A stretch of DNA of 43,173 bases from Naegleria gruberi. Lineage: Eukaryota. Below, one piece after another: positions 10,201 through 22,200 of this stretch. The stretch lies in NCBI GenBank assembly GCA_000004985.1, contig GG738968.1; one strand, given 5' to 3'. A program made the translations under genes and the position numbers. The notes below the pieces were generated by a model. It searched no databases. It had not been told where the DNA came from and saw only the letters and a list, made by a program, of their open reading frames with translations. Numbering within the stretch: the first letter of the stretch is position 1; each line of letters opens with the position of its first letter.

Positions 10201-13200
10201 NNNNNNNNNNNNNNNNNNNNNNNNNNNNNNNNNNNNNNNNNNNNNNNNNNNNNNNNNNNNNNNNNNNNNNNNNNNNNNNNNNNNNNNNNNNNNNNNNNNN
10301 NNNNNNNNNNNNNNNNNNNNNNNNNNNNNNNNNNNNNNNNNNNNNNNNNNNNNNNNNNNNNNNNNNNNNNNNNNNNNNNNNNNNNNNNNNNNNNNNNNNN
10401 NNNNNNNNNNNNNNNNNNNNNNNNNNNNNNNNNNNNNNNNNNNNNNNNNNNNNNNNNNNNNNNNNNNNNNNNNNNNNNNNNNNNNNNNNNNNNNNNNNNN
10501 NNNNNNNNNNNNNNNNNNNNNNNNNNNNNNNNNNNNNNNNNNNNNNNNNNNNNNNNNNNNNNNNNNNNNNNNNNNNNNNNNNNNNNNNNNNNNNNNNNNN
10601 NNNNNNNNNNNNNNNNNNNNNNNNNNNNNNNNNNNNNNNNNNNNNNNNNNNNNNNNNNNNNNNNNNNNNNNNNNNNNNNNNNNNNNNNNNNNNNNNNNNN
10701 NNNNNNNNNNNNNNNNNNNNNNNNNNNNNNNNNNNNNNNNNNNNNNNNNNNNNNNNNNNNNNNNNNNNNNNNNNNNNNNNNNNNNNNNNNNNNNNNNNNN
10801 NNNNNNNNNNNNNNNNNNNNNNNNNNNNNNNNNNNNNNNNNNNNNNNNNNNNNNNNNNNNNNNNNNNNNNNNNNNNNNNNNNNNNNNNNNNNNNNNNNNN
10901 NNNNNNNNNNNNNNNNNNNNNNNNNNNNNNNNNNNNNNNNNNNNNNNNNNNNNNNNNNNNNNNNNNNNNNNNNNNNNNNNNNNNNNNNNNNNNNNNNNNN
11001 NNNNNNNNNNNNNNNNNNNNNNNNNNNNNNNNNNNNNNNNNNNNNNNNNNNNNNNNNNNNNNNNNNNNNNNNNNNNNNNNNNNNNNNNNNNNNNNNNNNN
11101 NNNNNNNNNNNNNNNNNNNNNNNNNNNNNNNNNNNNNNNNNNNNNNNNNNNNNNNNNNNNNNNNNNNNNNNNNNNNNNNNNNNNNNNNNNNNNNNNNNNN
11201 NNNNNNNNNNNNNNNNNNNNNNNNNNNNNNNNNNNNNNNNNNNNNNNNNNNNNNNNNNNNNNNNNNNNNNNNNNNNNNNNNNNNNNNNNNNNNNNNNNNN
11301 NNNNNNNNNNNNNNNNNNNNNNNNNNNNNNNNNNNNNNNNNNNNNNNNNNNNNNNNNNNNNNNNNNNNNNNNNNNNNNNNNNNNNNNNNNNNNNNNNNNN
11401 NNNNNNNNNNNNNNNNNNNNNNNNNNNNNNNNNNNNNNNNNNNNNNNNNNNNNNNNNNNNNNNNNNNNNNNNNNNNNNNNNNNNNNNNNNNNNNNNNNNN
11501 NNNNNNNNNNNNNNNNNNNNNNNNNNNNNNNNNNNNNNNNNNNNNNNNNNNNNNNNNNNNNNNNNNNNNNNNNNNNNNNNNNNNNNNNNNNNNNNNNNNN
11601 NNNNNNNNNNNNNNNNNNNNNNNNNNNNNNNNNNNNNNNNNNNNNNNNNNNNNNNNNNNNNNNNNNNNNNNNNNNNNNNNNNNNNNNNNNNNNNNNNNNN
11701 NNNNNNNNNNNNNNNNNNNNNNNNNNNNNNNNNNNNNNNNNNNNNNNNNNNNNNNNNNNNNNNNNNNNNNNNNNNNNNNNNNNNNNNNNNNNNNNNNNNN
11801 NNNNNNNNNNNNNNNNNNNNNNNNNNNNNNNNNNNNNNNNNNNNNNNNNNNNNNNNNNNNNNNNNNNNNNNNNNNNNNNNNNNNNNNNNNNNNNNNNNNN
11901 NNNNNNNNNNNNNNNNNNNNNNNNNNNNNNNNNNNNNNNNNNNNNNNNNNNNNNNNNNNNNNNNNNNNNNNNNNNNNNNNNNNNNNNNNNNNNNNNNNNN
12001 NNNNNNNNNNNNNNNNNNNNNNNNNNNNNNNNNNNNNNNNNNNNNNNNNNNNNNNNNNNNNNNNNNNNNNNNNNNNNNNNNNNNNNNNNNNNNNNNNNNN
12101 NNNNNNNNNNNNNNNNNNNNNNNNNNNNNNNNNNNNNNNNNNNNNNNNNNNNNNNNNNNNNNNNNNNNNNNNNNNNNNNNNNNNNNNNNNNNNNNNNNNN
12201 NNNNNNNNNNNNNNNNNNNNNNNNNNNNNNNNNNNNNNNNNNNNNNNNNNNNNNNNNNNNNNNNNNNNNNNNNNNNNNNNNNNNNNNNNNNNNNNNNNNN
12301 NNNNNNNNNNNNNNNNNNNNNNNNNNNNNNNNNNNNNNNNNNNNNNNNNNNNNNNNNNNNNNNNNNNNNNNNNNNNNNNNNNNNNNNNNNNNNNNNNNNN
12401 NNNNNNNNNNNNNNNNNNNNNNNNNNNNNNNNNNNNNNNNNNNNNNNNNNNNNNNNNNNNNNNNNNNNNNNNNNNNNNNNNNNNNNNNNNNNNNNNNNNN
12501 NNNNNNNNNNNNNNNNNNNNNNNNNNNNNNNNNNNNNNNNNNNNNNNNNNNNNNNNNNNNNNNNNNNNNNNNNNNNNNNNNNNNNNNNNNNNNNNNNNNN
12601 NNNNNNNNNNNNNNNNNNNNNNNNNNNNNNNNNNNNNNNNNNNNNNNNNNNNNNNNNNNNNNNNNNNNNNNNNNNNNNNNNNNNNNNNNNNNNNNNNNNN
12701 NNNNNNNNNNNNNNNNNNNNNNNNNNNNNNNNNNNNNNNNNNNNNNNNNNNNNNNNNNNNNNNNNNNNNNNNNNNNNNNNNNNNNNNNNNNNNNNNNNNN
12801 NNNNNNNNNNNNNNNNNNNNNNNNNNNNNNNNNNNNNNNNNNNNNNNNNNNNNNNNNNNNNNNNNNNNNNNNNNNNNNNNNNNNNNNNNNNNNNNNNNNN
12901 NNNNNNNNNNNNNNNNNNNNNNNNNNNNNNNNNNNNNNNNNNNNNNNNNNNNNNNNNNNNNNNNNNNNNNNNNNNNNNNNNNNNNNNNNNNNNNNNNNNN
13001 NNNNNNNNNNNNNNNNNNNNNNNNNNNNNNNNNNNNNNNNNNNNNNNNNNNNNNNNNNNNNNNNNNNNNNNNNNNNNNNNNNNNNNNNNNNNNNNNNNNN
13101 NNNNNNNNNNNNNNNNNNNNNNNNNNNNNNNNNNNNNNNNNNNNNNNNNNNNNNNNNNNNNNNNNNNNNNNNNNNNNNNNNNNNNNNNNNNNNNNNNNNN

Positions 13201-16200
13201 NNNNNNNNNNNNNNNNNNNNNNNNNNNNNNNNNNNNNNNNNNNNNNNNNNNNNNNNNNNNNNNNNNNNNNNNNNNNNNNNNNNNNNNNNNNNNNNNNNNN
13301 NNNNNNNNNNNNNNNNNNNNNNNNNNNNNNNNNNNNNNNNNNNNNNNNNNNNNNNNNNNNNNNNNNNNNNNNNNNNNNNNNNNNNNNNNNNNNNNNNNNN
13401 NNNNNNNNNNNNNNNNNNNNNNNNNNNNNNNNNNNNNNNNNNNNNNNNNNNNNNNNNNNNNNNNNNNNNNNNNNNNNNNNNNNNNNNNNNNNNNNNNNNN
13501 NNNNNNNNNNNNNNNNNNNNNNNNNNNNNNNNNNNNNNNNNNNNNNNNNNNNNNNNNNNNNNNNNNNNNNNNNNNNNNNNNNNNNNNNNNNNNNNNNNNN
13601 NNNNNNNNNNNNNNNNNNNNNNNNNNNNNNNNNNNNNNNNNNNNNNNNNNNNNNNNNNNNNNNNNNNNNNNNNNNNNNNNNNNNNNNNNNNNNNNNNNNN
13701 NNNNNNNNNNNNNNNNNNNNNNNNNNNNNNNNNNNNNNNNNNNNNNNNNNNNNNNNNNNNNNNNNNNNNNNNNNNNNNNNNNNNNNNNNNNNNNNNNNNN
13801 NNNNNNNNNNNNNNNNNNNNNNNNNNNNNNNNNNNNNNNNNNNNNNNNNNNNNNNNNNNNNNNNNNNNNNNNNNNNNNNNNNNNNNNNNNNNNNNNNNNN
13901 NNNNNNNNNNNNNNNNNNNNNNNNNNNNNNNNNNNNNNNNNNNNNNNNNNNNNNNNNNNNNNNNNNNNNNNNNNNNNNNNNNNNNNNNNNNNNNNNNNNN
14001 NNNNNNNNNNNNNNNNNNNNNNNNNNNNNNNNNNNNNNNNNNNNNNNNNNNNNNNNNNNNNNNNNNNNNNNNNNNNNNNNNNNNNNNNNNNNNNNNNNNN
14101 NNNNNNNNNNNNNNNNNNNNNNNNNNNNNNNNNNNNNNNNNNNNNNNNNNNNNNNNNNNNNNNNNNNNNNNNNNNNNNNNNNNNNNNNNNNNNNNNNNNN
14201 NNNNNNNNNNNNNNNNNNNNNNNNNNNNNNNNNNNNNNNNNNNNNNNNNNNNNNNNNNNNNNNNNNNNNNNNNNNNNNNNNNNNNNNNNNNNNNNNNNNN
14301 NNNNNNNNNNNNNNNNNNNNNNNNNNNNNNNNNNNNNNNNNNNNNNNNNNNNNNNNNNNNNNNNNNNNNNNNNNNNNNNNNNNNNNNNNNNNNNNNNNNN
14401 NNNNNNNNNNNNNNNNNNNNNNNNNNNNNNNNNNNNNNNNNNNNNNNNNNNNNNNNNNNNNNNNNNNNNNNNNNNNNNNNNNNNNNNNNNNNNNNNNNNN
14501 NNNNNNNNNNNNNNNNNNNNNNNNNNNNNNNNNNNNNNNNNNNNNNNNNNNNNNNNNNNNNNNNNNNNNNNNNNNNNNNNNNNNNNNNNNNNNNNNNNNN
14601 NNNNNNNNNNNNNNNNNNNNNNNNNNNNNNNNNNNNNNNNNNNNNNNNNNNNNNNNNNNNNNNNNNNNNNNNNNNNNNNNNNNNNNNNNNNNNNNNNNNN
14701 NNNNNNNNNNNNNNNNNNNNNNNNNNNNNNNNNNNNNNNNNNNNNNNNNNNNNNNNNNNNNNNNNNNNNNNNNNNNNNNNNNNNNNNNNNNNNNNNNNNN
14801 NNNNNNNNNNNNNNNNNNNNNNNNNNNNNNNNNNNNNNNNNNNNNNNNNNNNNNNNNNNNNNNNNNNNNNNNNNNNNNNNNNNNNNNNNNNNNNNNNNNN
14901 NNNNNNNNNNNNNNNNNNNNNNNNNNNNNNNNNNNNNNNNNNNNNNNNNNNNNNNNNNNNNNNNNNNNNNNNNNNNNNNNNNNNNNNNNNNNNNNNNNNN
15001 NNNNNNNNNNNNNNNNNNNNNNNNNNNNNNNNNNNNNNNNNNNNNNNNNNNNNNNNNNNNNNNNNNNNNNNNNNNNNNNNNNNNNNNNNNNNNNNNNNNN
15101 NNNNNNNNNNNNNNNNNNNNNNNNNNNNNNNNNNNNNNNNNNNNNNNNNNNNNNNNNNNNNNNNNNNNNNNNNNNNNNNNNNNNNNNNNNNNNNNNNNNN
15201 NNNNNNNNNNNNNNNNNNNNNNNNNNNNNNNNNNNNNNNNNNNNNNNNNNNNNNNNNNNNNNNNNNNNNNNNNNNNNNNNNNNNNNNNNNNNNNNNNNNN
15301 NNNNNNNNNNNNNNNNNNNNNNNNNNNNNNNNNNNNNNNNNNNNNNNNNNNNNNNNNNNNNNNNNNNNNNNNNNNNNNNNNNNNNNNNNNNNNNNNNNNN
15401 NNNNNNNNNNNNNNNNNNNNNNNNNNNNNNNNNNNNNNNNNNNNNNNNNNNNNNNNNNNNNNNNNNNNNNNNNNNNNNNNNNNNNNNNNNNNNNNNNNNN
15501 NNNNNNNNNNNNNNNNNNNNNNNNNNNNNNNNNNNNNNNNNNNNNNNNNNNNNNNNNNNNNNNNNNNNNNNNNNNNNNNNNNNNNNNNNNNNNNNNNNNN
15601 NNNNNNNNNNNNNNNNNNNNNNNNNNNNNNNNNNNNNNNNNNNNNNNNNNNNNNNNNNNNNNNNNNNNNNNNNNNNNNNNNNNNNNNNNNNNNNNNNNNN
15701 NNNNNNNNNNNNNNNNNNNNNNNNNNNNNNNNNNNNNNNNNNNNNNNNNNNNNNNNNNNNNNNNNNNNNNNNNNNNNNNNNNNNNNNNNNNNNNNNNNNN
15801 NNNNNNNNNNNNNNNNNNNNNNNNNNNNNNNNNNNNNNNNNNNNNNNNNNNNNNNNNNNNNNNNNNNNNNNNNNNNNNNNNNNNNNNNNNNNNNNNNNNN
15901 NNNNNNNNNNNNNNNNNNNNNNNNNNNNNNNNNNNNNNNNNNNNNNNNNNNNNNNNNNNNNNNNNNNNNNNNNNNNNNNNNNNNNNNNNNNNNNNNNNNN
16001 NNNNNNNNNNNNNNNNNNNNNNNNNNNNNNNNNNNNNNNNNNNNNNNNNNNNNNNNNNNNNNNNNNNNNNNNNNNNNNNNNNNNNNNNNNNNNNNNNNNN
16101 NNNNNNNNNNNNNNNNNNNNNNNNNNNNNNNNNNNNNNNNNNNNNNNNNNNNNNNNNNNNNNNNNNNNNNNNNNNNNNNNNNNNNNNNNNNNNNNNNNNN

Positions 16201-19200
16201 NNNNNNNNNNNNNNNNNNNNNNNNNNNNNNNNNNNNNNNNNNNNNNNNNNNNNNNNNNNNNNNNNNNNNNNNNNNNNNNNNNNNNNNNNNNNNNNNNNNN
16301 NNNNNNNNNNNNNNNNNNNNNNNNNNNNNNNNNNNNNNNNNNNNNNNNNNNNNNNNNNNNNNNNNNNNNNNNNNNNNNNNNNNNNNNNNNNNNNNNNNNN
16401 NNNNNNNNNNNNNNNNNNNNNNNNNNNNNNNNNNNNNNNNNNNNNNNNNNNNNNNNNNNNNNNNNNNNNNNNNNNNNNNNNNNNNNNNNNNNNNNNNNNN
16501 NNNNNNNNNNNNNNNNNNNNNNNNNNNNNNNNNNNNNNNNNNNNNNNNNNNNNNNNNNNNNNNNNNNNNNNNNNNNNNNNNNNNNNNNNNNNNNNNNNNN
16601 NNNNNNNNNNNNNNNNNNNNNNNNNNNNNNNNNNNNNNNNNNNNNNNNNNNNNNNNNNNNNNNNNNNNNNNNNNNNNNNNNNNNNNNNNNNNNNNNNNNN
16701 NNNNNNNNNNNNNNNNNNNNNNNNNNNNNNNNNNNNNNNNNNNNNNNNNNNNNNNNNNNNNNNNNNNNNNNNNNNNNNNNNNNNNNNNNNNNNNNNNNNN
16801 NNNNNNNNNNNNNNNNNNNNNNNNNNNNNNNNNNNNNNNNNNNNNNNNNNNNNNNNNNNNNNNNNNNNNNNNNNNNNNNNNNNNNNNNNNNNNNNNNNNN
16901 NNNNNNNNNNNNNNNNNNNNNNNNNNNNNNNNNNNNNNNNNNNNNNNNNNNNNNNNNNNNNNNNNNNNNNNNNNNNNNNNNNNNNNNNNNNNNNNNNNNN
17001 NNNNNNNNNNNNNNNNNNNNNNNNNNNNNNNNNNNNNNNNNNNNNNNNNNNNNNNNNNNNNNNNNNNNNNNNNNNNNNNNNNNNNNNNNNNNNNNNNNNN
17101 NNNNNNNNNNNNNNNNNNNNNNNNNNNNNNNNNNNNNNNNNNNNNNNNNNNNNNNNNNNNNNNNNNNNNNNNNNNNNNNNNNNNNNNNNNNNNNNNNNNN
17201 NNNNNNNNNNNNNNNNNNNNNNNNNNNNNNNNNNNNNNNNNNNNNNNNNNNNNNNNNNNNNNNNNNNNNNNNNNNNNNNNNNNNNNNNNNNNNNNNNNNN
17301 NNNNNNNNNNNNNNNNNNNNNNNNNNNNNNNNNNNNNNNNNNNNNNNNNNNNNNNNNNNNNNNNNNNNNNNNNNNNNNNNNNNNNNNNNNNNNNNNNNNN
17401 NNNNNNNNNNNNNNNNNNNNNNNNNNNNNNNNNNNNNNNNNNNNNNNNNNNNNNNNNNNNNNNNNNNNNNNNNNNNNNNNNNNNNNNNNNNNNNNNNNNN
17501 NNNNNNNNNNNNNNNNNNNNNNNNNNNNNNNNNNNNNNNNNNNNNNNNNNNNNNNNNNNNNNNNNNNNNNNNNNNNNNNNNNNNNNNNNNNNNNNNNNNN
17601 NNNNNNNNNNNNNNNNNNNNNNNNNNNNNNNNNNNNNNNNNNNNNNNNNNNNNNNNNNNNNNNNNNNNNNNNNNNNNNNNNNNNNNNNNNNNNNNNNNNN
17701 NNNNNNNNNNNNNNNNNNNNNNNNNNNNNNNNNNNNNNNNNNNNNNNNNNNNNNNNNNNNNNNNNNNNNNNNNNNNNNNNNNNNNNNNNNNNNNNNNNNN
17801 NNNNNNNNNNNNNNNNNNNNNNNNNNNNNNNNNNNNNNNNNNNNNNNNNNNNNNNNNNNNNNNNNNNNNNNNNNNNNNNNNNNNNNNNNNNNNNNNNNNN
17901 NNNNNNNNNNNNNNNNNNNNNNNNNNNNNNNNNNNNNNNNNNNNNNNNNNNNNNNNNNNNNNNNNNNNNNNNNNNNNNNNNNNNNNNNNNNNNNNNNNNN
18001 NNNNNNNNNNNNNNNNNNNNNNNNNNNNNNNNNNNNNNNNNNNNNNNNNNNNNNNNNNNNNNNNNNNNNNNNNNNNNNNNNNNNNNNNNNNNNNNNNNNN
18101 NNNNNNNNNNNNNNNNNNNNNNNNNNNNNNNNNNNNNNNNNNNNNNNNNNNNNNNNNNNNNNNNNNNNNNNNNNNNNNNNNNNNNNNNNNNNNNNNNNNN
18201 NNNNNNNNNNNNNNNNNNNNNNNNNNNNNNNNNNNNNNNNNNNNNNNNNNNNNNNNNNNNNNNNNNNNNNNNNNNNNNNNNNNNNNNNNNNNNNNNNNNN
18301 NNNNNNNNNNNNNNNNNNNNNNNNNNNNNNNNNNNNNNNNNNNNNNNNNNNNNNNNNNNNNNNNNNNNNNNNNNNNNNNNNNNNNNNNNNNNNNNNNNNN
18401 NNNNNNNNNNNNNNNNNNNNNNNNNNNNNNNNNNNNNNNNNNNNNNNNNNNNNNNNNNNNNNNNNNNNNNNNNNNNNNNNNNNNNNNNNNNNNNNNNNNN
18501 NNNNNNNNNNNNNNNNNNNNNNNNNNNNNNNNNNNNNNNNNNNNNNNNNNNNNNNNNNNNNNNNNNNNNNNNNNNNNNNNNNNNNNNNNNNNNNNNNNNN
18601 NNNNNNNNNNNNNNNNNNNNNNNNNNNNNNNNNNNNNNNNNNNNNNNNNNNNNNNNNNNNNNNNNNNNNNNNNNNNNNNNNNNNNNNNNNNNNNNNNNNN
18701 NNNNNNNNNNNNNNNNNNNNNNNNNNNNNNNNNNNNNNNNNNNNNNNNNNNNNNNNNNNNNNNNNNNNNNNNNNNNNNNNNNNNNNNNNNNNNNNNNNNN
18801 NNNNNNNNNNNNNNNNNNNNNNNNNNNNNNNNNNNNNNNNNNNNNNNNNNNNNNNNNNNNNNNNNNNNNNNNNNNNNNNNNNNNNNNNNNNNNNNNNNNN
18901 NNNNNNNNNNNNNNNNNNNNNNNNNNNNNNNNNNNNNNNNNNNNNNNNNNNNNNNNNNNNNNNNNNNNNNNNNNNNNNNNNNNNNNNNNNNNNNNNNNNN
19001 NNNNNNNNNNNNNNNNNNNNNNNNNNNNNNNNNNNNNNNNNNNNNNNNNNNNNNNNNNNNNNNNNNNNNNNNNNNNNNNNNNNNNNNNNNNNNNNNNNNN
19101 NNNNNNNNNNNNNNNNNNNNNNNNNNNNNNNNNNNNNNNNNNNNNNNNNNNNNNNNNNNNNNNNNNNNNNNNNNNNNNNNNNNNNNNNNNNNNNNNNNNN

Positions 19201-22200
19201 NNNNNNNNNNNNNNNNNNNNNNNNNNNNNNNNNNNNNNNNNNNNNNNNNNNNNNNNNNNNNNNNNNNNNNNNNNNNNNNNNNNNNNNNNNNNNNNNNNNN
19301 NNNNNNNNNNNNNNNNNNNNNNNNNNNNNNNNNNNNNNNNNNNNNNNNNNNNNNNNNNNNNNNNNNNNNNNNNNNNNNNNNNNNNNNNNNNNNNNNNNNN
19401 NNNNNNNNNNNNNNNNNNNNNNNNNNNNNNNNNNNNNNNNNNNNNNNNNNNNNNNNNNNNNNNNNNNNNNNNNNNNNNNNNNNNNNNNNNNNNNNNNNNN
19501 NNNNNNNNNNNNNNNNNNNNNNNNNNNNNNNNNNNNNNNNNNNNNNNNNNNNNNNNNNNNNNNNNNNNNNNNNNNNNNNNNNNNNNNNNNNNNNNNNNNN
19601 NNNNNNNNNNNNNNNNNNNNNNNNNNNNNNNNNNNNNNNNNNNNNNNNNNNNNNNNNNNNNNNNNNNNNNNNNNNNNNNNNNNNNNNNNNNNNNNNNNNN
19701 NNNNNNNNNNNNNNNNNNNNNNNNNNNNNNNNNNNNNNNNNNNNNNNNNNNNNNNNNNNNNNNNNNNNNNNNNNNNNNNNNNNNNNNNNNNNNNNNNNNN
19801 NNNNNNNNNNNNNNNNNNNNNNNNNNNNNNNNNNNNNNNNNNNNNNNNNNNNNNNNNNNNNNNNNNNNNNNNNNNNNNNNNNNNNNNNNNNNNNNNNNNN
19901 NNNNNNNNNNNNNNNNNNNNNNNNNNNNNNNNNNNNNNNNNNNNNNNNNNNNNNNNNNNNNNNNNNNNNNNNNNNNNNNNNNNNNNNNNNNNNNNNNNNN
20001 NNNNNNNNNNNNNNNNNNNNNNNNNNNNNNNNNNNNNNNNNNNNNNNNNNNNNNNNNNNNNNNNNNNNNNNNNNNNNNNNNNNNNNNNNNNNNNNNNNNN
20101 NNNNNNNNNNNNNNNNNNNNNNNNNNNNNNNNNNNNNNNNNNNNNNNNNNNNNNNNNNNNNNNNNNNNNNNNNNNNNNNNNNNNNNNNNNNNNNNNNNNN
20201 NNNNNNNNNNNNNNNNNNNNNNNNNNNNNNNNNNNNNNNNNNNNNNNNNNNNNNNNNNNNNNNNNNNNNNNNNNNNNNNNNNNNNNNNNNNNNNNNNNNN
20301 NNNNNNNNNNNNNNNNNNNNNNNNNNNNNNNNNNNNNNNNNNNNNNNNNNNNNNNNNNNNNNNNNNNNNNNNNNNNNNNNNNNNNNNNNNNNNNNNNNNN
20401 NNNNNNNNNNNNNNNNNNNNNNNNNNNNNNNNNNNNNNNNNNNNNNNNNNNNNNNNNNNNNNNNNNNNNNNNNNNNNNNNNNNNNNNNNNNNNNNNNNNN
20501 NNNNNNNNNNNNNNNNNNNNNNNNNNNNNNNNNNNNNNNNNNNNNNNNNNNNNNNNNNNNNNNNNNNNNNNNNNNNNNNNNNNNNNNNNNNNNNNNNNNN
20601 NNNNNNNNNNNNNNNNNNNNNNNNNNNNNNNNNNNNNNNNNNNNNNNNNNNNNNNNNNNNNNNNNNNNNNNNNNNNNNNNNNNNNNNNNNNNNNNNNNNN
20701 NNNNNNNNNNNNNNNNNNNNNNNNNNNNNNNNNNNNNNNNNNNNNNNNNNNNNNNNNNNNNNNNNNNNNNNNNNNNNNNNNNNNNNNNNNNNNNNNNNNN
20801 NNNNNNNNNNNNNNNNNNNNNNNNNNNNNNNNNNNNNNNNNNNNNNNNNNNNNNNNNNNNNNNNNNNNNNNNNNNNNNNNNNNNNNNNNNNNNNNNNNNN
20901 NNNNNNNNNNNNNNNNNNNNNNNNNNNNNNNNNNNNNNNNNNNNNNNNNNNNNNNNNNNNNNNNNNNNNNNNNNNNNNNNNNNNNNNNNNNNNNNNNNNN
21001 NNNNNNNNNNNNNNNNNNNNNNNNNNNNNNNNNNNNNNNNNNNNNNNNNNNNNNNNNNNNNNNNNNNNNNNNNNNNNNNNNNNNNNNNNNNNNNNNNNNN
21101 NNNNNNNNNNNNNNNNNNNNNNNNNNNNNNNNNNNNNNNNNNNNNNNNNNNNNNNNNNNNNNNNNNNNNNNNNNNNNNNNNNNNNNNNNNNNNNNNNNNN
21201 NNNNNNNNNNNNNNNNNNNNNNNNNNNNNNNNNNNNNNNNNNNNNNNNNNNNNNNNNNNNNNNNNNNNNNNNNNNNNNNNNNNNNNNNNNNNNNNNNNNN
21301 NNNNNNNNNNNNNNNNNNNNNNNNNNNNNNNNNNNNNNNNNNNNNNNNNNNNNNNNNNNNNNNNNNNNNNNNNNNNNNNNNNNNNNNNNNNNNNNNNNNN
21401 NNNNNNNNNNNNNNNNNNNNNNNNNNNNNNNNNNNNNNNNNNNNNNNNNNNNNNNNNNNNNNNNNNNNNNNNNNNNNNNNNNNNNNNNNNNNNNNNNNNN
21501 NNNNNNNNNNNNNNNNNNNNNNNNNNNNNNNNNNNNNNNNNNNNNNNNNNNNNNNNNNNNNNNNNNNNNNNNNNNNNNNNNNNNNNNNNNNNNNNNNNNN
21601 NNNNNNNNNNNNNNNNNNNNNNNNNNNNNNNNNNNNNNNNNNNNNNNNNNNNNNNNNNNNNNNNNNNNNNNNNNNNNNNNNNNNNNNNNNNNNNNNNNNN
21701 NNNNNNNNNNNNNNNNNNNNNNNNNNNNNNNNNNNNNNNNNNNNNNNNNNNNNNNNNNNNNNNNNNNNNNNNNNNNNNNNNNNNNNNNNNNNNNNNNNNN
21801 NNNNNNNNNNNNNNNNNNNNNNNNNNNNNNNNNNNNNNNNNNNNNNNNNNNNNNNNNNNNNNNNNNNNNNNNNNNNNNNNNNNNNNNNNNNNNNNNNNNN
21901 NNNNNNNNNNNNNNNNNNNNNNNNNNNNNNNNNNNNNNNNNNNNNNNNNNNNNNNNNNNNNNNNNNNNNNNNNNNNNNNNNNNNNNNNNNNNNNNNNNNN
22001 NNNNNNNNNNNNNNNNNNNNNNNNNNNNNNNNNNNNNNNNNNNNNNNNNNNNNNNNNNNNNNNNNNNNNNNNNNNNNNNNNNNNNNNNNNNNNNNNNNNN
22101 NNNNNNNNNNNNNNNNNNNNNNNNNNNNNNNNNNNNNNNNNNNNNNNNNNNNNNNNNNNNNNNNNNNNNNNNNNNNNNNNNNNNNNNNNNNNNNNNNNNN